From an uncultured Phycisphaerales bacterium (GTDB lineage: Bacteria > Planctomycetota > Phycisphaerae > Tepidisphaerales > Tepidisphaeraceae): 64,000 bases of DNA. The stretch spans positions 4,288,001-4,352,000 of the forward strand of contig CAVWLP010000002.1 in assembly GCA_963755915.1 (NCBI GenBank), read 5' to 3'. Under the pieces are notes generated by a model that was not told the origin of the DNA, did no database searches, and worked only from the letters and a program-made list of their open reading frames with translations. This document shows, piece by piece, positions 55,235 through 64,000 of this stretch. Positions within the stretch are counted from its first letter, which is position 1, and every line of letters begins with the position of its first letter. A program made the position numbers and the translations under genes.

Positions 55235-56808
55235 CGTTTTTCGCCGGTGGTTCCCACCAGGTAATTCTTCGCCACCGCATTGAATTCCGCCACTTCCCGT
55301 TCCTCCCAGGCCGCATCCTTCATCAACTCCGCGGCCATGATTCGCGCCGCCTGCGGCGCCATCGCGATTGCCGCCCGCGCGTCTAGGAATAGCGCCCGCG
55401 TCCGCCGGGCCAGGACATCCTCCACCTTCCGCGCCATTTCCTGCCTGACGGCCCAGACCACTTGCGCTCCGACGATCGGCAGCCGATCATGCAGCCGTTT
55501 TCCCAGCTCCGCATTCTTCTTCACGATCTCCCCGATCTCTTCCGCGTCGGCGCCATAAAAACCCAGGTCCGCAATTGGCTCTGGATGATCGCAATACCCA
55601 TGAATGCGAAGCTCGCGCGTGGCGCACGGCCGCTCGTCGAGCATCGCCAGCGTCGCCGCCTGGTCGACGCAATCCTCGGCCATTTTGCGGTAGGTCGTCC
55701 ACTTCCCGCCGGCGATCGAAAGAAGCCCCGATTTGGAAACATCGATCGTGTGTTCGCGCGAAAGTCTTGCGGTCTTTTCGCCGCCGCTCTTCACCAGCGG
55801 GCGAATGCCGGCGAAGACGCTGAGAATGTCGTCGCGTGTCGGCCGCCTGGCGAGATATTGCGCCGCCGTCTCCAGAATAAAATCGATTTCCTCGCTCATC
55901 GCCACCGGCTCCAGGCTTACCTCTGAGATCGGCGTATCCGTCGTCCCCAGCAGGGCATGATCGTGCCAGGGAATTGCAAACATCACACGCCCATCGCTGG
56001 TGCGCGGCACCATGATGGCGGCATCCCCGCCCAGAAACGAACGATCCAGCACCACGTGCACGCCCTGGCTCGGCGCGACCAGCGCCGCGCTGGCGGGATC
56101 ATCCATCCGCCGCACCGCGTCCCCAAACGCACCGGTTGCGTTGATGACCACCCGCGCTCCGCTGGCATGACGGTATCCGGTTTCCAGATCCTCCCACTCG
56201 ACTCCATTCAGAATCCCATCGCCGCCGCGGGCGAATTTGACCACCCGCGCATAATTCACCAGCGCGGCCCCTTCGCTTTCCGCAGTTTGTGCGAGGCCGA
56301 TGAGTAATCTCGAATCGTCGAACTGACCGTCGTAATAAAGGACGCCGCCGCGCAGGCCTTCTTCATCCAGCGCGGGAATATGGCCGAGCACTTCCTCTTT
56401 GCTCAAGAGCCGGGAATGGCCGAAACCATATTTGCCGGCGAGCAGGTCATACACCTTCATCCCCACGCCATAAAACGGCGCTTCCCACCAGGTGTAATTC
56501 GGGACGACGAAGGCCAGATCGTGGACGAGGTGCGGGGCGTTGTTGCGCAGAATCCCGCGTTCTTTCAGCGCCTCCATCACCAGCGCGACATTCCCCTGCT
56601 GCAAATATCTGACGCCGCCATGGACCAGTTTCGTCGACCGGCTCGAAGTCCCCTTGCCAAAATCGCTCTGCTCAAAGAGGCAAACCGAATACCCCCGCGA
56701 AGCGGCATCGACTGCGATTCCCACTCCCGTCGCCCCGCCGCCAATGACGGCCATGTCCCAGGGATCTTTGCGATCCAGAATACGTTTCAGCGAGCGATTG
56801 CGATCCAT
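55231..56808 (-). CDS. glpD: FAD-dependent glycerol-3-phosphate dehydrogenase/oxidase
   Basis: VIGGGATGVG, GTSSRSTKLVHGGVRYL, DGQFDDSR, GGKWTTYRKMAE and DVLARRTR motifs. Confidence 0.92.
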   Translation of the reverse strand: MDRNRSLKRILDRKDPWDMAVIGGGATGVGIAVDAASRGYSVCLFEQSDFGKGTSSRSTKLVHGGVRYLQQGNVALVMEALKERGILRNNAPHLVHDLAFVVPNYTWWEAPFYGVGMKVYDLLAGKYGFGHSRLLSKEEVLGHIPALDEEGLRGGVLYYDGQFDDSRLLIGLAQTAESEGAALVNYARVVKFARGGDGILNGVEWEDLETGYRHASGARVVINATGAFGDAVRRMDDPASAALVAPSQGVHVVLDRSFLGGDAAIMVPRTSDGRVMFAIPWHDHALLGTTDTPISEVSLEPVAMSEEIDFILETAAQYLARRPTRDDILSVFAGIRPLVKSGGEKTARLSREHTIDVSKSGLLSIAGGKWTTYRKMAEDCVDQAATLAMLDERPCATRELRIHGYCDHPEPIADLGFYGADAEEIGEIVKKNAELGKRLHDRLPIVGAQVVWAVRQEMARKVEDVLARRTRALFLDARAAIAMAPQAARIMAAELMKDAAWEEREVAEFNAVAKNYLVGTTGEKR

Positions 56809-56827
56809 GTTGATCCCGTTGTGTGAT

Positions 56828-58408
56828 CTACCTCCCGCGCGATTCCCCGCAACCGACTTCCGTTCCCGACTCACCGGGAGCATAACCCCGCACCGCCATC
56901 TCCAGCATCACCCCATCCGCCGGCTTCGTCGAAACGCCGACCTTGGCCTCACATCCATCCTGAATCGCCCGGAACTTAAAGAGCTTCACAAACGCTCCCA
57001 CCACCAGCGCGACTTCCAATTGCCCGAGGTTCTTCCCCGGGCAGAATCTCGGGCCGTGCCCAAATCCAAAATGCAGAAGCTCACCCGATCCATGATCGTG
57101 TGCCCCGAGTTTCTCCCAACGCTCCGGGACAAATTTGTCGGCAGGATGTCCGGTCACGGAAACGCCCCAGTGATCCTCATGCCGGTTTGCGTGCCACACA
57201 TCCAGCAGAATATGCGTGCCGGCGGGAATCTTCAATTGATTCCCCGCGACGGTTTTTACCCAGCAATCGACGGTCGCCCGGCGCGGCAGAAAATAAAGCG
57301 CCGGCGTCAGCCGAAGCGTCTCGTTCAACACGCAACCCAGGAATTTCGCCTTCTCAAGATTCTCCGGCGTAAACCGCTCCACGTCCTTCACTTCCTCAAA
57401 CACCCGCTCCTGCGCGCCCGGCGAATTCCCCAGATGATGAATCGCCCAGGCGGCGTACGATGTGGTCGCCTCCAGCGCCCCGGCCAGAAAGACGCGGATG
57501 TTTCCCCGCAGCGCCTCATCCGGCGCATCTGATTTGAATTGCTTCCACAGCCTCTTTCCCTCTTTTCGGGGGGCGAGCACCAGATCGGTCAGGCGCTCAA
57601 AATCGGCGTAAGACTCCTTAATCTCGGCGATCCGCCGGGTAAACGACGGCACTGCGCGGATCGGAATTCCGAGCTTGTTCAAAACCGTGTCTCTCACAAT
57701 ATGATCGATCACCCGCTCCAGGGCCGGCACAAAGCGGTTCCTGATTTCGTCATAGGAAATCTCCGCCCCGAAGAAATTGTTCGCCAGCATCTCCAGCATG
57801 ACGGCCTTGATCTCGCCTTCAACCTGCACGCGCGCCGTCGGCGTTGCCGGGCCCAGGCTTTGCTTCAACGCCTCCAGCCGCTGGCCCACGGTCTCCCGGA
57901 ATGTTTCCTCGAACTGTTCGAATTGATCGGGCTTGAACAGCGTTCCCCGCGCGAATGGGGGGCCAGTGAAGCGCTTCTGGCGCTTCCACACCGAGCCGTT
58001 GGCATACAAAAGCGTGTCGACGCCCGTCGCCCGCGCGATCCCCTTGGTCGGCAGCGTGTCGCGATCGAATTGGCCCGGCACATCGCCCGTCTCGGTCGCG
58101 ATCGCGCGAATGACCGCGGGATCCCTCGTCACCAGCACCGGCGTAAACCCCGGCACTTCGAGATAGCGGTTGTGCCGCGCCGATCGCTCTTCCGATTCGG
58201 CGCCCCAGAAAAACGATTCCAATATCCGCAGTGGCTGCCGGTAATTCCAGGGATGCGGAAAGGGCAGCGTCGGCCGCCCGCTGGGGCCGAGCAGCAGGGG
58301 AACGCGCCCTGGCTTGATCTCCCCCTCAAACGGGCTCACCCCGGCCAACTGCCGCGGCAGGCGCACGAGGCGCCGATAGCCCGGTAGATTCTCGATCCAT
58401 TTGCCCAT
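56828..58408 (-). CDS. Cytochrome P450
   Basis: I-helix AGALEATT, ExxR (ETLR), PERW and heme ligand FGFGHGPRFCPG. Confidence 0.93.
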   Translation of the reverse strand: MGKWIENLPGYRRLVRLPRQLAGVSPFEGEIKPGRVPLLLGPSGRPTLPFPHPWNYRQPLRILESFFWGAESEERSARHNRYLEVPGFTPVLVTRDPAVIRAIATETGDVPGQFDRDTLPTKGIARATGVDTLLYANGSVWKRQKRFTGPPFARGTLFKPDQFEQFEETFRETVGQRLEALKQSLGPATPTARVQVEGEIKAVMLEMLANNFFGAEISYDEIRNRFVPALERVIDHIVRDTVLNKLGIPIRAVPSFTRRIAEIKESYADFERLTDLVLAPRKEGKRLWKQFKSDAPDEALRGNIRVFLAGALEATTSYAAWAIHHLGNSPGAQERVFEEVKDVERFTPENLEKAKFLGCVLNETLRLTPALYFLPRRATVDCWVKTVAGNQLKIPAGTHILLDVWHANRHEDHWGVSVTGHPADKFVPERWEKLGAHDHGSGELLHFGFGHGPRFCPGKNLGQLEVALVVGAFVKLFKFRAIQDGCEAKVGVSTKPADGVMLEMAVRGYAPGESGTEVGCGESRGR

Positions 58409-58429
58409 GCCTTCACCCTGCCCGGTCCG

Positions 58430-59110
58430 TCAGCTTCCGGCGTGCCGATCGGCTGTCAATAGTCTATCAGCGCGATCCGAATCCTTCCCGAAATCGGCTC
58501 CGCCTCGAACGATGCCGATGCAGCCGGCCCCGACCGCCAGCCCGCCCAGAACGTCAATAAAATGATGCTGATAGGTCAACAGCGTCGAGGCAACGATCAG
58601 AACAAACCACAGCAAAAGCACTACACGCAAAATCCGTGGGCCGCGCCGAAGATAGACGTTCGCCACAATAACGCAGAAGGCCACGTGCAATGACGGGAAT
58701 TCATTGAAGGGCCTGTCGAACCCGTGCAACGCATCGAAAAGCGGGCGGAACGCTCCACGAACCTGCGGCACAGGAAACGCAAACCGCAGGGGGATGACCA
58801 TGAAGCACACGCCCGAAATGAGCATTGCTAAAACGACTCGCTTCGCGAAGATCCTCAACTCTCGCTCTGATTTCGCCAAAAAAGGCGCCCCGACAAAGAA
58901 AAGATTGATGGAGGCGTACGGAATGATGAAGGCCGGCACAAACGGAATCGACTTTTCCCACCCAAAATAGAAACTCGAAACGTGCCCGCGCCGGCTGGCG
59001 AGCGAATTGCACAGGGGATAAACGATGAAGAAGAGCGCCGACAGTCCCGCGGCTGTCGCCGCTGGCTTCCACACAATCAATCCGTCTCGACGCTCGGTTG
59101 AGCGATGCAT
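58430..59110 (-). CDS. PAP2-superfamily membrane phosphoesterase/phosphotransferase (YnbD N-terminal-like)
   Basis: WEKSIPFVP, FPSLH and STLLTYQHHFIDV motifs; about 6 TM helices. Confidence 0.82.
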   Translation of the reverse strand: MHRSTERRDGLIVWKPAATAAGLSALFFIVYPLCNSLASRRGHVSSFYFGWEKSIPFVPAFIIPYASINLFFVGAPFLAKSERELRIFAKRVVLAMLISGVCFMVIPLRFAFPVPQVRGAFRPLFDALHGFDRPFNEFPSLHVAFCVIVANVYLRRGPRILRVVLLLWFVLIVASTLLTYQHHFIDVLGGLAVGAGCIGIVRGGADFGKDSDRADRLLTADRHAGS

Positions 59111-59241
59111 CGCATACTCCCACGCACCCGCGTTCTCATACCTTAACCCCTACAACCGTCGCCACCAAAACCCCCAGCCCACCGGGTTCCGTTCACAACC
59201 CACAATTGGCAATCGGCAATTGCCCCCCTATCCTCCCTCTC

Positions 59242-60042
59242 ATGGGCGTCATCGTCGCCGACAACCTTGTCAAAACATTCGGCGATCTCACTGCCGTCGC
59301 CGGCGTTTCCTTCGACGTGCAGGCGGGTGAGATTTTCGCTTTTCTCGGTCCCAACGGCGCTGGCAAGACCACCACCATCAAAATCCTCACCACGCTCCTT
59401 CGCCCCACTTCCGGCAGCGTCCAGCTCGACGGCCTCGATCCCGCCACCCAGCAGAATGAAGTGCGCAAGCGATTTGGAATCGTTTTCCAGGATCCCACGC
59501 TCGACGACGAGCTGACCGCCTTCGAAAATATGGATTTCCACGGCGTGCTCTACAAGATGCCGCGCAAACACCGACGCGAGCGCATCGAGCAATTGCTCAA
59601 GCTCTTCGATCTATGGGACCGGCGCGACGATCGCGTGAAAACCTTCTCAGGCGGTATGCGCCGCCGTCTCGAAGCGGCCCGCGGACTACTCCATTCCCCT
59701 AAAATCCTCTTCCTTGATGAGCCGACGCTTGGCCTCGACCCGCAAACGCGCAACCAGCTCTGGGCTCAGGTCCGCGCTCTCAACGAACAGGAAGGCGTCA
59801 CCGTTTTCCTCACCACGCATTACATGGAAGAAGCCGACCGCGTCGCCCACAGGATCGCGATCATCGACCACGGCAAAATCGTCGCCCAGGGCTCGCCCGC
59901 GGAATTGAAGCAGCAGACGCAGTCGCAAACGCTTGAGGAAGCTTTCCTCGCCCTGACCGGATCATCGATCCGCGAAGAACAGGCGAGCGGACTGGACCGG
60001 ATGCGCAATATGCGAAGGATGTTTCGAGGCGGGCGATCATGA
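59242..60042 (+). CDS. ABC-2 exporter ATP-binding subunit (DrrA-like)
   Basis: Walker A GPNGAGKT, signature FSGGM, Walker B LFLDEPT and H-loop TTHY. Confidence 0.93.
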   Translation: MGVIVADNLVKTFGDLTAVAGVSFDVQAGEIFAFLGPNGAGKTTTIKILTTLLRPTSGSVQLDGLDPATQQNEVRKRFGIVFQDPTLDDELTAFENMDFHGVLYKMPRKHRRERIEQLLKLFDLWDRRDDRVKTFSGGMRRRLEAARGLLHSPKILFLDEPTLGLDPQTRNQLWAQVRALNEQEGVTVFLTTHYMEEADRVAHRIAIIDHGKIVAQGSPAELKQQTQSQTLEEAFLALTGSSIREEQASGLDRMRNMRRMFRGGRS

Positions 60043-60784
60043 GCGTCATCTATATCCTCTGGCTTCGTCAGCTCAAGCGCTACAGCCGCTCGCGGCCGCG
60101 GATCATTGCCTCGCTGGGCCAGCCGCTGCTTTTCCTCGTCGCCCTCGGCTTCGGGCTGGGGCCGGTCTTCAAAAAAGCGGGGCAGGGAAATTACATCCAG
60201 TTCCTCGCGCCGGGAATCATCGCGATGACGGTTTTGTTCACGTCCGTCTTCTCCGGGATCGAACTGATCTGGGACCGGCAGTTCGGATTCCTCAAAGAAA
60301 CCCTCGTGGCCCCCGTCCCGAGGATTCTGATCATGCTGGGCCGCACGCTTGGCGGGGCGACGGTCGCCATGATTCAGGGAGCGATTGTGGTGGTGGTGTG
60401 TTTGATCGCGGGGTTCAGGCCGCACAACTTCGCCATGTTCCCCGCGGCGATTATTTTTCTGGCCCTGATCGCGATCCTGTTCACGGCCGTGGGGACGGCC
60501 ATCGCTTCCCTGCTTTCAGATTTCCAGGGGTTTCAGTTGGTGATGAACTTTCTGGTGATGCCGATGTTTTTTCTGTCGGGAGCACTGTTTCCGCTCAAGA
60601 CGGTGCCGCGGCGCTGGAGGTGGTGGCGTCGATCGATCCGCTGACGTACGGGGTGGACGGGTTGCGCAGGGCGCTGATTGGCGCGTTTTACTACGGGCTA
60701 TTCACCGACATGGCGATTCTTTCGCTTGTTGCAGCGCTGATGCTTTCGATCGGGGCGTATCTGTTTTCGCGGATACAGCTTTAA
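60039..60784 (+). CDS. ABC-2 permease (DrrB-like; frameshift near 60605)
   Basis: ATGA overlap with the ATPase; FLAPGII, DRQFGFLKE and MFFLSGALFP motifs; C-terminal DPLTYGVDGLR in the next frame. Confidence 0.9.
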
Positions 60785-60853
60785 AAGCTGATTTCGCGCG
60801 GAGGTGCGGAGGCAGGAATTCTCCCGCTCAGCGAGCTCTGCGCCTCTGCGCGA

Positions 60854-61513
60854 TCAAGCTCTTCCGATCACCGGCACCGATCCGCATTCCGGGCAGCGCT
60901 GTGGTGTCATTCGCAGGTCATAGCCGCAGTTCAGGCAGACTCCCTTTGCTCTCGTCACCAGCGGGATGCGTGCGTAAATCCGCCAGAGGATCAGAAGTCC
61001 AATCACGCTCAGGCAAGCCACCGGAAACCAGCAGGGCGTGGCCCATACCCGGCAGTCGACGCCATCGGTCGCGTTCTGAATGACCGGGACGGCGACGCCG
61101 TGACTGATGTTCAATTTCGCTACATAAGGAATATACGTCAGGGAATACAACCGCGCGCCTTGATCGACGGGCCACGGCCTGAATCGCACCTGGGGAATTC
61201 GGTAGGGAACAGCAAGCTTTCTCGCATCCGTTTCCATAACGGGGACTTGCACGGTCAGGAGTGGCGATCCCGTCGATATCTCACGCGTATCGAAGCGAAT
61301 GAGCTTGCTATACCTGGCAACAATCCACTGCACGCTTCCATGGTCACAGCGCAGGCAATATCGCTCATGCAGCGTCAAGTGCGCTTCAAGAGGATGTTGG
61401 AAACCGCGAATCCAGGCGACGATGAGTCCGACGCCAGCTACGAGTACAACGCGAAGAAGAATACGTTGGATTCCCGTCGCCGCGCGGCGCATGTTGTGCA
61501 ATGGGCGGTCCAT
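60854..61513 (-). CDS. Membrane protein with C-terminal zinc ribbon
   Basis: Two TM segments and CLNCGYDLRMTPQRCPECG. Confidence 0.78.
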   Translation of the reverse strand: MDRPLHNMRRAATGIQRILLRVVLVAGVGLIVAWIRGFQHPLEAHLTLHERYCLRCDHGSVQWIVARYSKLIRFDTREISTGSPLLTVQVPVMETDARKLAVPYRIPQVRFRPWPVDQGARLYSLTYIPYVAKLNISHGVAVPVIQNATDGVDCRVWATPCWFPVACLSVIGLLILWRIYARIPLVTRAKGVCLNCGYDLRMTPQRCPECGSVPVIGRA

Positions 61514-61610
61514 CGGGACATTAGTTTACCTACCCGGCGCAGTGGAGAAGAGGGAACGAAACATCTGAAAAGCGGGCGGCTTTTTCGTTACGGGAGCCCT
61601 CAGCCTGATA

Positions 61611-61666
61611 GTAGAAGCGGCGTCCTCGCCGCTTGGGGCGGGAAAGCGGCGGGACGCCGCTTCTAC
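61611..61666. repeat. Inverted GTAG-type REP doublet (second family)
   Basis: GTAGAAGCGGCGTCCTCGCCGCTT ... AAGCGGCGGGACGCCGCTTCTAC. Confidence 0.75.
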
Positions 61667-61876
61667 GGGGGTCGATTTGCGGCCGGGGATATTCTATAAT
61701 TCGCTTCGGGTGTGGACATTCGCTTGAATGCTCCGCAGGCGTCGGAATGGTCGGGCCGCCATTTCTCAGTCGGCTTTTGCCGGTCAATTCGCCAGAGGCT
61801 AGCGGTGGCCCGAGATCGAATTCCAGATAGCTCCCTGCACTTACCTCCTGTGGCGCCCCGGCAATTGCCTCGGGCG

Positions 61877-63260
61877 ATGCTTTTCGTTTCGCTGCTGATT
61901 GCGACGGTTGCGCTTTTACGAGCGCGATGCACAACGGCGTTTTGGAGAGCACCAACAGGTCAAGAGCCTGAGCATCTTCTGCGGGGTGATATGGGGGATC
62001 CTGCTTTACGAGGAATATCGCCTGATAGTCTGTGCTGCGGCCGTCGCCGCGACGATTGGGCTCGGGCTTTTCTCGTCCATCCACCAGCTTCTAGCCGCCG
62101 CAGGGTTGGATGTGATTCTGTTTCTGCTGGGGACTTTTCTGGTCGCCGGTTATCTGGAGGAGAATCTTTTCTTCGAGCATCTGGCCAGCCAGATCGTCCA
62201 CCATGTCGGCCGGCGGCCGGGAATATTGATGGGGGTGCTGATGCTCTGCGCGATGGTCGCCTCCGCCATCGTGGGGGAAGTCGCGGCGATTTTGTTCGTG
62301 GGCGGGGCAATGCTGCACATTGCCAATCGGTATCGCCTGAAGGCGATTCCGTTTTTGATCATGCTGGTTTTCGCGACCAACGTGGGGTCGGCTGCCAGCG
62401 CCTTTGGGCCGGTGGGGGTGACGATTGCGCTGAAGACGAAATTGAGCGTGCTCGATTTCTTTCGCTGGGCTACGCCGATCGCGATTGTCGTTTTGGCGCT
62501 GGTCTTTGGGATCTGCCGATGGTGGTTTGCGTGGGATTGGGAAGCGCTGGCGCTGGCGGTGCATCAGCACGATTTTGCCGACAGCGTGCCCGACCCGGCC
62601 CGGCGGCGATCGCAGGCGCCGGCGTGGATTCTGATCGGCATGATGACAGCTTTGTTCGTGCTGCATGCGCAGATCGAGCAGATGCTGGGGCTGAAGCCGG
62701 ATATGGTTTTAGTCGGCGCTGCGCTTGGAGCGGGGGTGATTGCGCTGGTGATGTCGAGAGCCAAGGCGAAGGCGGTCGTCGTTCACCGCGTCGATTGGGA
62801 AACGCTGCTGTTTTTCCTGGCGCTTTTTATCGTGGTCGGAGCGCTGGAAGCCACCGGGGTAACCGGCGTAATCGCCCGCGAGCTGCTCCGCGGCTCGGGC
62901 GGGCATCCGGCCGCACTCGTGCTCACCGTGGGATGGTCCACCGGATTTCTCAGCGCCTTTCTGGCGAATATTCTGGCCGTGGCGGCATTTCTGCCGATCG
63001 TCGCCGACCTCAAGGCCCACGGCGCGGCGTGCCCTACCGCGATCTATTGGCTCATGCTCTTCGGTGGAACATTCATGGGAAACATGACGAGCATCGGCTC
63101 GACGTGCAATATCATCGCCTGCGGAATGGCCGACAAACGGGGGCATGGGACGATCTACTTCAAATCGTGGATCAAGATCGGGGCGATCATCAGCCTCAGT
63201 TCGATGGCGCTGGCGACTTTTTTGCTGGCGATTCAGACGCATTGGTTGAGGAGTGGGTAA
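61877..63260 (+). CDS. ArsB/NhaD/SLC13-type ion-transporter permease (start uncertain; probable frameshift near 61915)
   Basis: ATNVGS, VDWETLLFFLALFIVVGAL and GGTFMGNMTSIGSTCNII motifs; more than 11 TM helices. Confidence 0.82.
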
Positions 63261-63318
63261 AAAGAAGAGCCCCCTCCCCTGCCCTCCCCCGGCGTACCGG
63301 GGAGCGGGGGAAATGCGA

Positions 63319-64000
63319 TCAGTTCATCACGCCGGCGATCAGGGTCTTGAAGAGCTTCGGCTCGACTTTGGTCCGGAAGGAATATTGAAGGGGCGTTGTG
63401 CTGCAAATCACGATGACCATGTCATCCTCCGGCACAACGCGGAAGACGGCGGAGCTGTTGGTGGTGTAGCCGAAGGTTTTGGGAGGGAGACCACCGTTGC
63501 CCAGGGGGACGAGTCCGATGCCGCCGCGCGGACCCCAGTCGGGAGAGGGGAGCATACGATTGAAATTTTCGGGGGTCAGGAACTGCGAGCCGCCGTAGCT
63601 TCCGCGGTTGAGGAGCATCTGGCCGTAGACAGCCAGGTCCCAGGGGCGCATAAAGACGCCGCTGAAACCGAGGAATCCGTTGGCAGAGGAAATGCCGAGC
63701 GGTTTGAAGAGCATGTCCTGGAAGAGGTGGGCGAGGTCCTCGCCGGTGAGGTCTTCGAGGATGTCGCCGGCGAGGTTAAAATTGACCTCGGAATATCTGG
63801 GGGTCATCGGAGTCACGAGGGGCATGTAGTCGGCGGCGACTTCTTCAAGATCGGCAATGTGGCCGCTGCCCAGCGGCAGGTCGCTCATGTGGCTGAGGAG
63901 CATGTGCATGGTGATGCGGTCACCGCCGGGGCGATTGGCGAAGGATGGGATATAGGCGCCCAGGGGTTTGTCGAGATCGATAACGCCGCGCTGTGCGACC
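63319..64000 (-). CDS. Serine hydrolase, beta-lactamase class C-like (5' part outside window)
   Basis: IDLDKPLGAYIP..ITMHMLLSH, 'YSE.NFNLAG.ILEDLTG' and LFKPLG motifs. Confidence 0.8.
   Translation of the reverse strand, partial: VAQRGVIDLDKPLGAYIPSFANRPGGDRITMHMLLSHMSDLPLGSGHIADLEEVAADYMPLVTPMTPRYSEVNFNLAGDILEDLTGEDLAHLFQDMLFKPLGISSANGFLGFSGVFMRPWDLAVYGQMLLNRGSYGGSQFLTPENFNRMLPSPDWGPRGGIGLVPLGNGGLPPKTFGYTTNSSAVFRVVPEDDMVIVICSTTPLQYSFRTKVEPKLFKTLIAGVMN

Overview
High-GC bacterial window, most likely Planctomycetota (Phycisphaerae/Tepidisphaerales-like). This is inferred from the DUF1559-type prepilins, LEPR-XLL-like N-terminus, dockerin-bearing PEP-CTERM proteins, CxxCGYDLRxTPxRCPECG proteins and 'TQP' linkers. 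About 17 single-gene frameshifts, several in homopolymer runs, suggest an unpolished long-read assembly. The first 48 kb holds two polysaccharide-utilisation-like loci with no SusC/D, TonB receptor or sugar transporter. Locus 1 (~5.7-26 kb) has GH127, two GH27 enzymes, two prepilin/H-X9-DG proteins, PEP-CTERM proteins and an ECF sigma/FecR-NPCBM pair. Locus 2 (~34.4-48 kb) is a beta-1,3-glucan locus with a GH149-like phosphorylase, GH158/GH2-like and GH16 glucanases, a prepilin, PEP-CTERM proteins and an XylR-type regulator. A candidate regulatory motif for each locus can be read from the DNA: TGTCCAA-N16-CGT(A/T) in 4 copies, and TGCCGCA-N12-ATTTACGC in 3 copies. Seven secreted proteins share a conserved C-terminal dockerin-like module. 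The rest includes a redox cluster, a REP-flanked BrnT-type toxin-antitoxin pair, rlmN, a PAP2-P450-GlpD-GH18 operon and transporters. All family calls come from motif recognition; no database search was run.
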